From an uncultured Actinomycetes bacterium (GTDB taxonomy: Bacteria > Actinomycetota > Thermoleophilia > UBA2241), in contig CAVPVX010000001.1 in NCBI GenBank assembly GCA_963709345.1, forward strand, positions 224,001-288,000: a stretch of DNA of 64,000 nt, given 5' to 3'. This document shows, in pieces, positions 48,175 to 58,374 of this stretch. The notes beneath the pieces were generated by a model, which was given only the letters and a program-made list of their open reading frames with translations, made no database searches and was not told the origin of the DNA. Each line of letters begins with the position of its first letter. Position 1 is the stretch's first letter. The translations under genes were made by a program, and so were the position numbers.

Positions 48175-49079
48175 TTCTTGCCTCGCTGAAAGACGAGCCG
48201 AACCAGCACGTTCATGCCCAGCACGGCGATGATGATGACGAGCGCCCCGCCCCAGGCGAGCTCCTGCAGGTACGGGTAGGGCGAGCCGGCGAAGTCGTAG
48301 ATCGTCTTGGTGAGGTTGGCGGTCGGCCCGCCGAAGAAGCCGCCGGGCCCGAAGAGCCCGGTCAGCCAGTACGGGCTGCTGAGCGCGGTGAACAGGAGCG
48401 GCGCCGTCTCACCGGCGACGCGGACGATCGCCAAGGTGGCGCCGGTGATCAGACCGCCCCGCGCCGCCTTACAGATCACGCCCAGCGTGACCTTCCAGCG
48501 CGGCACGCCCATGGCCAGCGCCGATTCGCGCAGCTCGTTGGGCACCAGGTTGAGGATGTCCTCCGTGGTGCGCGCCATCACCGGCAGCATGATGAAGGCG
48601 AGGGCCACAGCGCCGGCGATGCCGGAGTAGTGGCCCACCGGCCTGACCATGATCGCGAAGGCGAACACGCCGACGATGATCGACGGCACGCCCATCACCA
48701 CGTTGGCGATCATGCGCACCGACGTGGCGAGGCGGCCGTTGCGCCCGAACTCGGCAAGGTAGACTCCCGCGAGGAAGCCGATGGGGATGCCGATCGCGGC
48801 GGCGAAGCCGGTGATCACCAGCGTGCCCACGATGGCGTTCGCCATCCCCGCGCCGGCCGAGGCGGTGAAGTCCTGGGGCGTCGACTGGGTGAAGAAGTCC
48901 CAGTTGAGCGCGGCGGCGCCGCGGACGATGACTTCCCACACGATGAACGCCATGACCGCGATGCCGAACCATGCGCCGATCCACGAGAGCACCTTGACGA
49001 GCAGGTCGACGGCCTTGCGACGCGTGACCGACCGGCGGCGCAGCGGGAGTGCCGACTCTGTCTGCGCGACGGCGCTCAT
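48168..49079 (-). CDS. pstA: Phosphate ABC transporter permease
   Basis: 'GVPSIIVG', 'LRESALAMG', 'GETAPL'. Confidence 0.95.
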   Translation of the reverse strand: MSAVAQTESALPLRRRSVTRRKAVDLLVKVLSWIGAWFGIAVMAFIVWEVIVRGAAALNWDFFTQSTPQDFTASAGAGMANAIVGTLVITGFAAAIGIPIGFLAGVYLAEFGRNGRLATSVRMIANVVMGVPSIIVGVFAFAIMVRPVGHYSGIAGAVALAFIMLPVMARTTEDILNLVPNELRESALAMGVPRWKVTLGVICKAARGGLITGATLAIVRVAGETAPLLFTALSSPYWLTGLFGPGGFFGGPTANLTKTIYDFAGSPYPYLQELAWGGALVIIIAVLGMNVLVRLVFQRGKKW

Positions 49080-50089
49080 GCCCTGCCTCCCGTGCTGCGC
49101 TGCACGCGCCGCAGCCAGAACTGGGCGGCGATCTGGAAGAGCACGGTGATGAGGAACAGGATCAGACCGAGCTCGATCAGCGCGCTCAGCTGGATCTCGT
49201 CGGTGGCCTCGCTGAAGGTGTTCGCGATGAGCGAGGCGATGGAGGTGCCGGGGTCGAACAGCGAAGTGGGCAGCTTGTCGTAGACGCTGCCGATCAGGAA
49301 GGCGACGGCCATCGTCTCTCCGAGGGCTCTGCCCAGCCCGATGAAGACGGCGCCGACGATCCCGCTGTTCGCGTAGCGAAGGCTGATCTTGTGCATGACC
49401 TCCCACGTCGTGGAGCCCATGCCGTAGCCCGCCTCCTTGGTGACTTGGGGAACCATGGCCATGACGTCACGCGACACGGCGGTGATGAAGGGCAGGATCA
49501 TGAACGCCAGGACGATCCCCGCGGTGAAGATGGAGACGCCGCCCTGCTGGAAGGTCTCCCCGGGCTTGATGCCGGGGAGCTGCCCGAGTGGTGTGCTGAG
49601 CACCCAGGGCACGAAGGTGTCCTGCATGAACGGCACGACGACGAAGATACCGACCATGCCGAAGATGATGCTCGGGATCGCGGCGAGCATCTCGATGGCC
49701 GTACCCACGACGCGGGCGACGGCGGGGTGCACGAGCTCGACGAGGAGCAAGGCGATCACGAGCGCCAGCGGCACGGCGATGACCATGGCCACCAGCGTCG
49801 AGAGAAAGGTCCCGGCGAGGGCCGCGAGCGCTCCATACTCGCCGGTCGTCGGCGACCACGCGACCGTGGTGATGACGTGCGTCCCGAGCCCGGTGATCGC
49901 CGGCCAGGAGTTGTAGACGAGGACCGCGGCCAGGCCGAACATGCCCAAGGCCACGGTGAGCCCGCAGGCCGTTGCCAGGACGCGGAATATCGGATCCCCG
50001 AACCGGCCGCGGCGCCCGCGTGGCGTCGCCTCGGCGACGCCACGCGGGCCTTCCGCGCCCGGACGGATGTCAAGATCGACGGTGCTCAT
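49076..50089 (-). CDS. pstC: Phosphate ABC transporter permease
   Basis: 'LAAIPSIIFG', 'GRALGETMAV'. Confidence 0.95.
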   Translation of the reverse strand: MSTVDLDIRPGAEGPRGVAEATPRGRRGRFGDPIFRVLATACGLTVALGMFGLAAVLVYNSWPAITGLGTHVITTVAWSPTTGEYGALAALAGTFLSTLVAMVIAVPLALVIALLLVELVHPAVARVVGTAIEMLAAIPSIIFGMVGIFVVVPFMQDTFVPWVLSTPLGQLPGIKPGETFQQGGVSIFTAGIVLAFMILPFITAVSRDVMAMVPQVTKEAGYGMGSTTWEVMHKISLRYANSGIVGAVFIGLGRALGETMAVAFLIGSVYDKLPTSLFDPGTSIASLIANTFSEATDEIQLSALIELGLILFLITVLFQIAAQFWLRRVQRSTGGRA

Positions 50090-50130
50090 GGTCCCTACCT
50101 AACCTGAGTCGCGTCAGAAGCGGGTTCTGA

Positions 50131-51231
50131 TCACTGCCAGACGGGCGTGCCCGCGGCGGTGACCGTGCTCCAGACGTCGCTTTTCACGAGCTCGTACACG
50201 TTGGCCGGGATCGGCACGTAGTTGAGCGCCTCGGCCGAGGTGGCCCCGTTCTCGTACGCCCAGTTGAAGAACTCAAGCATGGTCAGAGCGCGGTCGGCGT
50301 CCGCCTGGTCCTTCTGGACGAGGATGAATGACGCGCCGGCGATCGGCCACGTCTCCGTGCCCGGCTGGTCGACGAGGATCAGGAACATGCTGGGCAGGCT
50401 GGCCTCCCAGTCGGCCTCGGCGGCCGCGGACTGGAAGGAAGCGAGGGTCGGCTTCACGTACTCGCCGTCCTTGTTCATCATCTGCGTCGTGGTCATGCCG
50501 GTCTCGGCGGCATAGGCGTACTCGACGTAGCCGATCGCGCCGGAGAGCTGCAGCACGCTCGCGGCGACACCTTCGTTGCCCTTGCCGCCGACACCGGTCG
50601 GCCAGGCGACTTCCTTGTCGGCTCCGGCCGTCCACACATCACCGGCGGCGGCGGTCAGGTAGTTGGTGAAGATCCAGGTGGTGCCCGAGCTGTCGGAGCG
50701 GTGCACGACGCTGATCTTGGCGTCGGAGAGCTTGACGCCGGGGTTCAGATCGGCGATCGCCTTGTCGTTCCAGACCGTGATGTCGCCGTTGAAGATGTGG
50801 GCCAGCGTCTCGGCGTCCAGGCGCATCTCGTCCGCCGCGACTCCCTCGAGATTGATGACGGGCACCACGCCGCCCACGCACATCGGGTACTGGGCGAGCC
50901 CGGACTCGTCGAGCTCCGCCTGCTCGAGCGGCGCATCAGAGGCGCCGAAGTCGACGGTGTTGGCCTTGATGGCGGAGATGCCGCCGCCCGAGCCGATCGA
51001 CTGGTAGTTGAGCTTGACGCCCGCAGTCGCGTTGTACTCCTCACCCCACTTCGAGTAGAGGGGATACGGGAAGCTGGCGCCGGCGCCGACGATCGTGCCG
51101 CTCGCAGCTGCATCCCCGCCCTCCGACGCGCTGCTGCTGCCGCAGGCGGCGACCGCGAGTGCCATCGCGACCAGCGCAAGTGCGGTGGCGGCGACCAGGA
51201 GGAGGCGCCACGGGCTTGCGGACTTCTTCAT
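50131..51231 (-). CDS. pstS: Phosphate-binding lipoprotein
   Basis: Lipobox AVAAC; 'GAGASFP', 'YQSIGSGGG', 'DFGASD', 'RSDSSGT'. Confidence 0.96.
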   Translation of the reverse strand: MKKSASPWRLLLVAATALALVAMALAVAACGSSSASEGGDAAASGTIVGAGASFPYPLYSKWGEEYNATAGVKLNYQSIGSGGGISAIKANTVDFGASDAPLEQAELDESGLAQYPMCVGGVVPVINLEGVAADEMRLDAETLAHIFNGDITVWNDKAIADLNPGVKLSDAKISVVHRSDSSGTTWIFTNYLTAAAGDVWTAGADKEVAWPTGVGGKGNEGVAASVLQLSGAIGYVEYAYAAETGMTTTQMMNKDGEYVKPTLASFQSAAAEADWEASLPSMFLILVDQPGTETWPIAGASFILVQKDQADADRALTMLEFFNWAYENGATSAEALNYVPIPANVYELVKSDVWSTVTAAGTPVWQ

Positions 51232-51323
51232 TCGGTGACCTCGCTTTCGCATCTTTGCATCGCTCTATGGCCTGGCGAAGGGCAGCGTGAGGACGCCACC
51301 GGAGAGGAGGCTACCGGCCCTCT

Positions 51324-51391
51324 GTTAGCGCACGGTTAGTGCGGGGTCAGCCGCCGACGAAGCCGAAAGCGGGCGGTGAACGAGGGGTGAG
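51324..51391 (-). promoter_or_regulatory. PHO-box direct repeats upstream of pstS
   Basis: GTTAG/GTTAG/GTCAG at 51324, 51335, 51346 (11-nt period); GTGAA/GTGAG at 51376 and 51387 (GTTCACC on minus strand); TAGCCT -10 at 51308-51313. Confidence 0.7.
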
Positions 51392-51434
51392 AGAACCGAA
51401 CGCCCGGGCGGACCGCCGGGCGAGGACGCAGGCG

Positions 51435-53234
51435 TCAGCGTCGCGGCAGATGGATGCGGAAGGTGCTGCCGCGGCCGACGACGCTGTCGACCGACACGCG
51501 CCCACCGTGCACCTGGGCGATGTGCTTGACGATGGCGAGTCCAAGGCCCGTGCCGCCGAGATCGCGGCTGCGGGCCTTGTCCACACGATAGAAGCGCTCG
51601 AAAAGCCGGGGCAGGTGCTCCCTGCGCACTCCCTGCCCTTCATCGATCACGCTGACCACGATCTCTTCCGGAGCTTCCTCGAGCCTGACCTCGACCGTGC
51701 TCCCTTCCGGGCTGTACTTGACCGCGTTGTCGATGAGATTGACGAGCGCCTGCTCCAGCAGCGGTGGACTCACCGGCGCAAGAAGGCAATCCGGGCACGT
51801 CTGGCTCAAGGCGATGGCGCGGGCCTCGGCCTTCGGCCCACAGACGTCAAGCGCCACGCCGACGACGTCGCAGAGGTCGGCCTCTTCCAGCTGGAGCAGA
51901 GGGCTGTCCTGCGACTGCTCCAGCGTGGACAGCGCAAGCAGGTCCTCGATGATCGAGTTCAGACGGTCGGCCTGCCCGGCGATGATGCGCACGAAGCGCC
52001 GAGCCGCCTCGGGATCGTCGAGGGCGCCGTCTTCGAGGGTCTCGGCGAAGCCCTTGATCGAGGTGACCGGGGTCTTCAGCTCGTGCGACACGTTCGCGAC
52101 GAAGTCGCGGCGCACCGCCTCCAGGCGCTTGAGGCGGGTCACGTCGTTCAACACCACGACGGCGCCGACGGCGGAGTCGGAGCCGCTCTCGCCGTGCAGC
52201 AGCGTGCCGTTGGCCTGCAGGTCGCGGTCCTCCGCCCCGACTCTCATCACGATGTCCGCCTCCACCGGGCGCTGCCCATCAAGCGCGAGGCCGACGACGC
52301 GCTGGAGGTCGGGGTTGCGGACGACCTCCTGGATGGACTTGCCTTCCGCCGCCGCGGGGACCGTGTCGAGCAGCCGGGCTGCGGCGGCGTTCACGGCGAT
52401 GACGCGCTCATCGGTGTCGACGGCGAGCACGCCCTCGACCATGCTCGAAAGCACGGCCTCGCGCTCGTTGCGCTCGTGGGTGAGCGTGCGCAGCTTGTCG
52501 TCAAGCTCGGCGGCCATCCGGTTCAAGCTGTCGGCGACGCCGGCGAACTCCTCGATGCGGGGAACGAAGAGCTTGTGCGAGAAATCCCCGGCGGCGAGCC
52601 GCTCCGCGCCGGCGCTGATCTCTCGCATCTGGTTACTGATGCGCCGCGAGACGTAGAGGCCGATCACCCCCGCGATCAGGGCCACCGCAAGGGCGCTGGT
52701 CGCGATGCTCACGTACAGGGTGTCGAGTGCGTCGTTCACGGTGGTCAGAGTCACGGCCGTGCGTGCGACCGCGACGACGCGGCCGTCCTCCATGACGGGG
52801 ATGGCGACGTACATCATGTCCTCACCCAGCGTGTCGCTGCGGCGGATCGCCTGCCCGCTGCGGCCCTCGAGCGCGGCGAGGTACTCCGGCCGATCGCCGT
52901 GGTTCTCCATCTGGCCGGGCAGCGAACCCGAGTCAGCGAGGACCACACCCGCGGCCGCGGCCGGCTGCCCTGCCGAGATGATGGTGATACGCGTGTCCGA
53001 GGCGGCGCCCAGACGGCGCACCAGCATCTGCAGTTCCGCCGCGGAGCCCGAATCCGCCTGCGCAGCCACCTGCTCCCGGACCAGCGACGCCCGGGCCTCG
53101 AGCTCGGTCGCGGTGTGGTCGACGTAGAACCCTCGGGCAGAGCGAACGGCGTAGAAGCCTACGGCCGCGGTGCAGAGCACCACCACGATCAGGTAGGTGG
53201 CGTAGATGCGCCAGAAGAGACGCTGCCTACGCAC
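51435..53234 (-). CDS. phoR: Phosphate regulon sensor kinase (HAMP, PAS, HisKA, HATPase)
   Basis: 'MENH..RPE', 'DFVANVSHELKTP', 'RFYRVDKARSR..GGTGLGL'; adjacent to pst. Confidence 0.9.
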   Translation of the reverse strand: MRRQRLFWRIYATYLIVVVLCTAAVGFYAVRSARGFYVDHTATELEARASLVREQVAAQADSGSAAELQMLVRRLGAASDTRITIISAGQPAAAAGVVLADSGSLPGQMENHGDRPEYLAALEGRSGQAIRRSDTLGEDMMYVAIPVMEDGRVVAVARTAVTLTTVNDALDTLYVSIATSALAVALIAGVIGLYVSRRISNQMREISAGAERLAAGDFSHKLFVPRIEEFAGVADSLNRMAAELDDKLRTLTHERNEREAVLSSMVEGVLAVDTDERVIAVNAAAARLLDTVPAAAEGKSIQEVVRNPDLQRVVGLALDGQRPVEADIVMRVGAEDRDLQANGTLLHGESGSDSAVGAVVVLNDVTRLKRLEAVRRDFVANVSHELKTPVTSIKGFAETLEDGALDDPEAARRFVRIIAGQADRLNSIIEDLLALSTLEQSQDSPLLQLEEADLCDVVGVALDVCGPKAEARAIALSQTCPDCLLAPVSPPLLEQALVNLIDNAVKYSPEGSTVEVRLEEAPEEIVVSVIDEGQGVRREHLPRLFERFYRVDKARSRDLGGTGLGLAIVKHIAQVHGGRVSVDSVVGRGSTFRIHLPRR

Positions 53235-53237
53235 GGG

Positions 53238-53945
53238 TCACTCGTCCTGCAGACGGTACCCCACCCCGCGCACCGTCTCGATGTAGGCGCCGCAACATCC
53301 CAGCTTGCGGCGCAGCGAGACGATGTGCACGTCCACCGAGCGGTCGGTCACGAAGCGGTCGCTGACGAATAGGTCGTCCCCCTGGGCGGCGTCGACGATC
53401 TGCTGCCTAGTGAACACCCAGCCGGGGCGCTTGGCCAGATACTGGAGGATGCGGAACTCCGTGGCGGTCAGCTCCACCGGCTTGTCGTCGACGCTCACCT
53501 GGTGGCGACCGGGGCGGATGGTCAGCTGCTTGATGCGGATGGTCGCTTCGTCGTCGGGAGCCTGGTCGGCGCGGCGCAGCACGGCCCGGATGCGGGCCGT
53601 GAGGACCCGCGGGCTGAACGGCTTGGTCACGTAGTCGGAGGCGCCGAGCTCCAGTCCGGCGACCACATCCGCCTCCGTGCCCTTGGCCGTGAGCATGACG
53701 ATGGGGATGGAGCGAGTCTTGGCGTCGGTCTTCAGCCGACGGCAGACCTCGAGCCCGTCCACGCCGGGCAGCATGAGGTCGAGCACGATGATGTCGGGCA
53801 TCTTGGCGCGCGTCGCGACCAGAGCGTCTTCGCCGCTGGCCACCACGGTGACGTGATAGCCCTCTTTGTCGAGGTTGTACTTGACGAGCTCGAGGATGTC
53901 TCGTTCGTCATCGACGACAAGCACGTTCTCTCTGGCCATCGTCAC
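53238..53945 (-). CDS. phoP: Phosphate regulon response regulator PhoB/PhoP
   Basis: OmpR-type REC + wHTH 'RSVDVHI..LRRKL..IETVRGVGY'; upstream of phoR. Confidence 0.88.
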   Translation of the reverse strand: MTMARENVLVVDDERDILELVKYNLDKEGYHVTVVASGEDALVATRAKMPDIIVLDLMLPGVDGLEVCRRLKTDAKTRSIPIVMLTAKGTEADVVAGLELGASDYVTKPFSPRVLTARIRAVLRRADQAPDDEATIRIKQLTIRPGRHQVSVDDKPVELTATEFRILQYLAKRPGWVFTRQQIVDAAQGDDLFVSDRFVTDRSVDVHIVSLRRKLGCCGAYIETVRGVGYRLQDE

Positions 53946-54029
53946 ATCCGTGTCGGGAATCGTGCGGCGCCGGCGCCGGAACAGCGCCGCACGCCCTGCA
54001 GGTCCACCATGAGACCCTAGAGACTCGAT

Positions 54030-54045
54030 GTTAGGGCTTCGTTAG
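54030..54045 (-). promoter_or_regulatory. PHO-box pair upstream of phoP (autoregulation)
   Basis: GTTAG at 54030 and 54041, same motif and 11-nt spacing as at pstS. Confidence 0.6.
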
Positions 54046-54106
54046 CATAGAGGCCATACCTGCGGCATCCGGCAGTGAGCCGTCGCCGCCCGGCGAAAGG
54101 AACGGC

Positions 54107-55423
54107 ATGGACGCTCGAGCCGATGTCGTCGTGATCGGCGGCGGACCCGTCGGGGCCTGCTGTGCGCTCTGGCTGTCCGAGTCGGGCGCCCGGGTGACCC
54201 TGCTGGAGAAGGAGCCGGAGGTATGCCCTCCCGTCAGCGGCGCCTACGCGAACTGCGGGCTCCTGGTACCGAGCGATGTCCAGCCCCTCGCCTCGCCCGG
54301 CGCCCTCGGCCGAGGACTGCGTTGGCTGCTCGACAGCTCGAGCCCCTTCTACATCGCCCCGCGCCCGAGCCCGGCTCTGGCACGCTGGCTCTGGCTGTTC
54401 CGCGCCGCGGCGGCGCCGGAAAGAGCCCACGCGGCGGCGCCTCTCCTCAAGGCGCTGCACGCGCTGAGCGCCTCCTTGCACGACGAGCTCGCGGCTCGGC
54501 CTCAAGGGAACGCGGACGCGTTCGCCGGCGATGCTCGTGCTCGAGAGAACACGTCTCTGGGCTCACGCTGGGCCTTTCGCCACGACGGCATCGTCCAAGT
54601 CTACGAGGGGGCGGCCGCTCTGGCGGCAGCCGCCGAGGAAGCAGAGTCGGCGCGCGCCCTGGGCGTACGCGCCGAACCCATGGATGCTGCCGCGGTCCGG
54701 ACCCTGTTCCCCGGCGCAAGCGGCCCCGTGGCCGGCGGCTTCTTCTTCCCGGACGACGGCCACCTCGACCCGATGCGCTTCACCCGCGAGGTGGCCGCGC
54801 TGGCGGCCGCAGCCGGCGCCACCGTACGCCCCGGTACCGAGGCGATCGCCCTGGAGCCGGCCGACCCCGGCGGCGTGCGCGTCGTGACGACGCGCGGCGG
54901 CGTCCTCGCCGATCAGGTCGTCATCGCCGCCGGCGCGTGGACGCCGGCGCTCACTCGCCGGCTCGGCCTGTCGCTTCCCATCGAGCCGGCCAAGGGGTAC
55001 AGCGTCGACGTGGAGCGGCCGGCCGACTTCCCGGAGCTGCCCCTGTACATGGGCGACGCCCACTGCGTGCTCACGCCGCTCGACGACGCCCTCCGAATGG
55101 GCAGCACTCTCGAACTGTCGGGATGGGACATGAGGATACGGCTGCAGCGCGTCGCCGGCCTGCGCCAGGCCGCAGAGAGGATGCTGGGGATTCCGGCGAA
55201 CGGCCCGGTCCGTCAGATCTGGCGCGGGCCCCGTCCGCTCACTCCGGACGGCCTACCGGTGATCGGGCGCCTGCCACGACAGCGTCGGGTGATCCTGGCC
55301 ACCGGCCACTGCATGCTCGGCCTCTCCCTCGGGCCGGTGACCGGGCGCCTGGTCGCCGAACTGGCCGGCGGCGCCAGGCCGAGCATCGACCTCTCGCTGA
55401 TGACGCCGGATCGCTGGATCTGA
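54107..55423 (+). CDS. FAD-dependent D-amino acid dehydrogenase (DadA-like)
   Basis: 'IGGGPVG', 'YANCG', 'KGYS', 'RP.TPDGLP', 'TGH..LG'. Confidence 0.88.
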   Translation: MDARADVVVIGGGPVGACCALWLSESGARVTLLEKEPEVCPPVSGAYANCGLLVPSDVQPLASPGALGRGLRWLLDSSSPFYIAPRPSPALARWLWLFRAAAAPERAHAAAPLLKALHALSASLHDELAARPQGNADAFAGDARARENTSLGSRWAFRHDGIVQVYEGAAALAAAAEEAESARALGVRAEPMDAAAVRTLFPGASGPVAGGFFFPDDGHLDPMRFTREVAALAAAAGATVRPGTEAIALEPADPGGVRVVTTRGGVLADQVVIAAGAWTPALTRRLGLSLPIEPAKGYSVDVERPADFPELPLYMGDAHCVLTPLDDALRMGSTLELSGWDMRIRLQRVAGLRQAAERMLGIPANGPVRQIWRGPRPLTPDGLPVIGRLPRQRRVILATGHCMLGLSLGPVTGRLVAELAGGARPSIDLSLMTPDRWI

Positions 55424-55439
55424 ACGTCGCCGCGCGCCG

Positions 55440-56210
55440 TCAGCTCAGAATGGCCTCGTAGGCGGCGCGCCAGTCAGAGAAGTCGGCGAAGACGCGGTCG
55501 GGCGCGTACGCCGCGAGCTCGTCGACGCTGTGCTTGCCGGTGGCGACGGCGATGGCCCTCACGGCGAGCGAGGCGCCGCACTCGACGTCGGCCGGCGTGT
55601 CGCCGATCACGACGACGTCCTTACCCGCGAACGCGCGCCCGGTGAGACGCTCGGCGCGGGCGACGGCGACCGCCGGCAACTCGGTACGATAGGCGGAATC
55701 GGAGCCGTACGCGCCCAGCTTGAACAGCGGGTAGAGGCCCGTGGGCGCGAGCTTCACGCGGGCGCCTTCTTCGACGTTGCCCGTCAGCAAGCCGAGGAGC
55801 GCGCGGCGATCGGCCGCGAGCGCCGTGACCAGCTCCTTGATGCCGGGGAGCACCTCAACCTTCCCGTCGGTGATCTCGCCGGCGAGGAGCTCGACGTAGC
55901 GCGCGATACAGCGGTCGACCAGGTCGTCGATCAGATCGTCCGGCGTGCCGAGGCGCTCGGCCAGGTCGTGCACGACCTGCGGCTGCGTCTCGGCCTCGTA
56001 GCGGCCGACGATCGCCTCGACGTCCCCGGCGCCCCACAGGCCGGCGAGGTCACGGACGATGCCGGGGTCGGTGCGACCGTGGAAGGTGTAGTCGCCGAGC
56101 TCGCCCTCGACACCGTAGACGTCCCTGATCGCGCGCATGATGGCGCGGCCGCCTACGCCGTGAGCGTCGATGAGCGTACAGTCGATGTCGAAGAGGACCA
56201 GCCGTTCCAT
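55440..56210 (-). CDS. HAD-superfamily phosphatase (PGP-like)
   Basis: 'FDIDCTL', 'LTGN', 'K', 'GDTPAD'. Confidence 0.88.
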   Translation of the reverse strand: MERLVLFDIDCTLIDAHGVGGRAIMRAIRDVYGVEGELGDYTFHGRTDPGIVRDLAGLWGAGDVEAIVGRYEAETQPQVVHDLAERLGTPDDLIDDLVDRCIARYVELLAGEITDGKVEVLPGIKELVTALAADRRALLGLLTGNVEEGARVKLAPTGLYPLFKLGAYGSDSAYRTELPAVAVARAERLTGRAFAGKDVVVIGDTPADVECGASLAVRAIAVATGKHSVDELAAYAPDRVFADFSDWRAAYEAILS

Positions 56211-56294
56211 GGCCGGGCCAGTATAGCCAACCAGACGACGCGGCTCAGCCGAAGCGGTGGACGGTCGTGTCGGGTCGGCCCATCTGTCCGCAGC

Positions 56295-57488
56295 CTACGC
56301 GACCGAGAGCGCCTGCTCCAGGTCGGCGATCAGGTCGCCCGCGTCCTCGATGCCGACGGAGTAGCGGATGAGCCCCTCGGGGATTCCCATCGCCTCCCTC
56401 TCCTCGAGCGTGCACTCGACGTGACTGGTGGTCGCCGGCACGCCGGCGAGCGTTTCGACGGCCCCGAGATTGGCGGCCAGGTGAGCCAGCCGCAGTCGCG
56501 ACAGCACGCGCTTGACTGCCTCGAAGCCGCCCTCGAGGGAGAAGCTGAGCATACCGCCGTAGCCGCGCATCTGCCGCGCCGCGACGTCGTGATGCAGGTG
56601 GTTCTCGAGACCCGGGTAGTTGACGGCTTCCACGGCCGGCTGTCGCTCCAGCCAGCGCGCGATCGTCATCGCGTTCTCGTTCTGCCGGCCTACGCGCAGG
56701 GCCAGCGTCTTGATGCTGCGCACGAGCAGGTACGCCGCCATGGGGTCGAGCGACGCGCCGGTGATCTCGCGGTAGTGATAGACCTTCCCGATGAGCTCCG
56801 GCGACCCGCAGAGCACGCCGCCGAGCACGTCGGCGTGCCCGCCGAGGAACTTGGTGGCGCTGTGCAGCACCAGGTCGGCGCCCAGCGCCAGCGGGTTCTG
56901 GTTGATCGGTGTGGCGAAGGTGTTGTCGGCGACGACGATCGCCCCCGCTTCCTGGGCCGCCGCGGACAGGCGGGCGATGTCCATCACCTTCAGCGTCGGA
57001 TTGGTCGGCGACTCCAGATACACGAGCGTGCAGCCCTCGGCGATCGCGGCCTCGATCTGCTCGAAGTCCGTGGTGTCACAGAGCGTCACCCGCACGCCGA
57101 TGCGCGGCAGGAAGTCGACGAACATCTGGTTGGTGCCGCCGTAGGTGTCCTTGACCGAGACGACGCGGTCGCCAGGAGCCAGCAGCGCCAGCAGCGTGTT
57201 GCTGACGGCGGCCATGCCGGTGGAGAAGCTCGTGGCCGCCGCGGCGCCCTCAAGAATCCGCACTTTCTCCTCGAAGGCGGCGACGGTCGGGTTGGTGTTG
57301 CGCGAGTAGATGTGGCCCTCGGCGCGGCCGAGGGCGGAGTCCACCCAGCCGTCCACGTCGTCGTAGCCGAAGGCGGCGCTGTAGACGATGGGCACCTGGG
57401 TGCCCCTGTGAGCGCGCGCCGCCTCCTCACCCCCACGCACGGCGAGCGTGTCCGGCGAGAGGCCTTCGGGCAGTCCTTGGTCGGTCAT
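56295..57488 (-). CDS. Cystathionine gamma-synthase/lyase family PLP enzyme
   Basis: 'YSRNTNPT', 'ESPTNP', 'DNTFATP', 'HSATKFLGGH', 'NLG..ET'; AAGGAG RBS. Confidence 0.92.
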   Translation of the reverse strand: MTDQGLPEGLSPDTLAVRGGEEAARAHRGTQVPIVYSAAFGYDDVDGWVDSALGRAEGHIYSRNTNPTVAAFEEKVRILEGAAAATSFSTGMAAVSNTLLALLAPGDRVVSVKDTYGGTNQMFVDFLPRIGVRVTLCDTTDFEQIEAAIAEGCTLVYLESPTNPTLKVMDIARLSAAAQEAGAIVVADNTFATPINQNPLALGADLVLHSATKFLGGHADVLGGVLCGSPELIGKVYHYREITGASLDPMAAYLLVRSIKTLALRVGRQNENAMTIARWLERQPAVEAVNYPGLENHLHHDVAARQMRGYGGMLSFSLEGGFEAVKRVLSRLRLAHLAANLGAVETLAGVPATTSHVECTLEEREAMGIPEGLIRYSVGIEDAGDLIADLEQALSVA

Positions 57489-57816
57489 CGGGGGCTCCTT
57501 GACGAGTGACGGTCCCGGGTGGATCGTGCCGGCTATTCTCGCACATAGTCGGTCCCGGGCCGCCTCCGTTGCCGACCGCCCCACAGCACCGGCGACAGCG
57601 GTGTCACGCCGGGGCCGAGTCAGAGGCTGTGCCGGGAGAGCCGGCGTGCCGGCGCATGCCATCGCAGGCATCCGGCTCTCATCGTGCATCAAGGAGGCAC
57701 CCTACCTGCCGGGGAAGGCCGCGCTGCCTTCCTTCCCGGTCCCAAGGGCACCCCAAGGCCAGACTGCCGATTCGGATGGTCGCCGGCGCGCACGGAACGG
57801 CGCCTTCACATCATCT

Positions 57817-57841
57817 ACATATTGTCGAGCAATAATGTCAA
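57817..57841 (-). promoter_or_regulatory. AT-rich palindromic operator overlapping a TTGACA -35
   Basis: ACATATTGTCGAGCAATAATGT imperfect palindrome; TTGACA on minus strand at 57841-57836. Confidence 0.5.
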
Positions 57842-57912
57842 GTATGGGGAGTCACCCAAGCTGCTCGCGATTCCGGAGAGGCTTAACGCCAGACACATGA
57901 GGAGAAGGAACG

Positions 57913-58260
57913 ATGATGTGGGACGGTAACGGACCGTGGGCACACCCGACGGTCTGGGGAGGCGGAGGCTGGCTCATGGGTATCGGTATGTTCGCGGCAC
58001 TGGTGATCGCCGTCGTACTCGTCGTGATCCTCGTCCGCAGCCTCAACCAGCAGACGCGTTCAACGACGTACGAGCAGTACCAAGCGGCTTACGGCGGGCA
58101 GTACACTGGGCAATACGGCGCTCAGCCGCCGGCGACGCCGTTGCCGGCGCAGCCGACCGTGCAGACGCAGCCCGAGACTCCGCGCGACATCGTGCAGCGT
58201 CGCTACGCGAGCGGCGAGATCGACCGCGAGGAGTACCTCCAGAAGCTCGCGGACCTCTGA
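57913..58260 (+). CDS. SHOCT-domain membrane protein
   Basis: Gly/Trp/Met-rich N-terminus, one TM, 'RYASGEIDREEY'. Confidence 0.85.
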   Translation: MMWDGNGPWAHPTVWGGGGWLMGIGMFAALVIAVVLVVILVRSLNQQTRSTTYEQYQAAYGGQYTGQYGAQPPATPLPAQPTVQTQPETPRDIVQRRYASGEIDREEYLQKLADL

Positions 58261-58374
58261 GCCCGCAGCGGGCGCCCGGGCGCGAGAGACGGCCTCGCCT
58301 TCCGCGCCCTGGGCTCACCTGCCGCAACGTCACCCGGCCCTCGGTTGACCCAGAGCCGGACGGGCGAGTACGCT

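Noticed and set aside
57715-57745. SRP RNA-like GGAAGGAAGGCAGC on the minus strand
   Set aside because: Lacks the CAGG side of the internal loop and a long closing helix
57670-57780. SAM-I/SAM-IV riboswitch upstream of the cystathionine gamma-synthase family gene
   Set aside because: Only fragments match (GGTGCC, GATGAG); the conserved AUC-AGAG, GAGGGA kink-turn and GCAACC elements are absent
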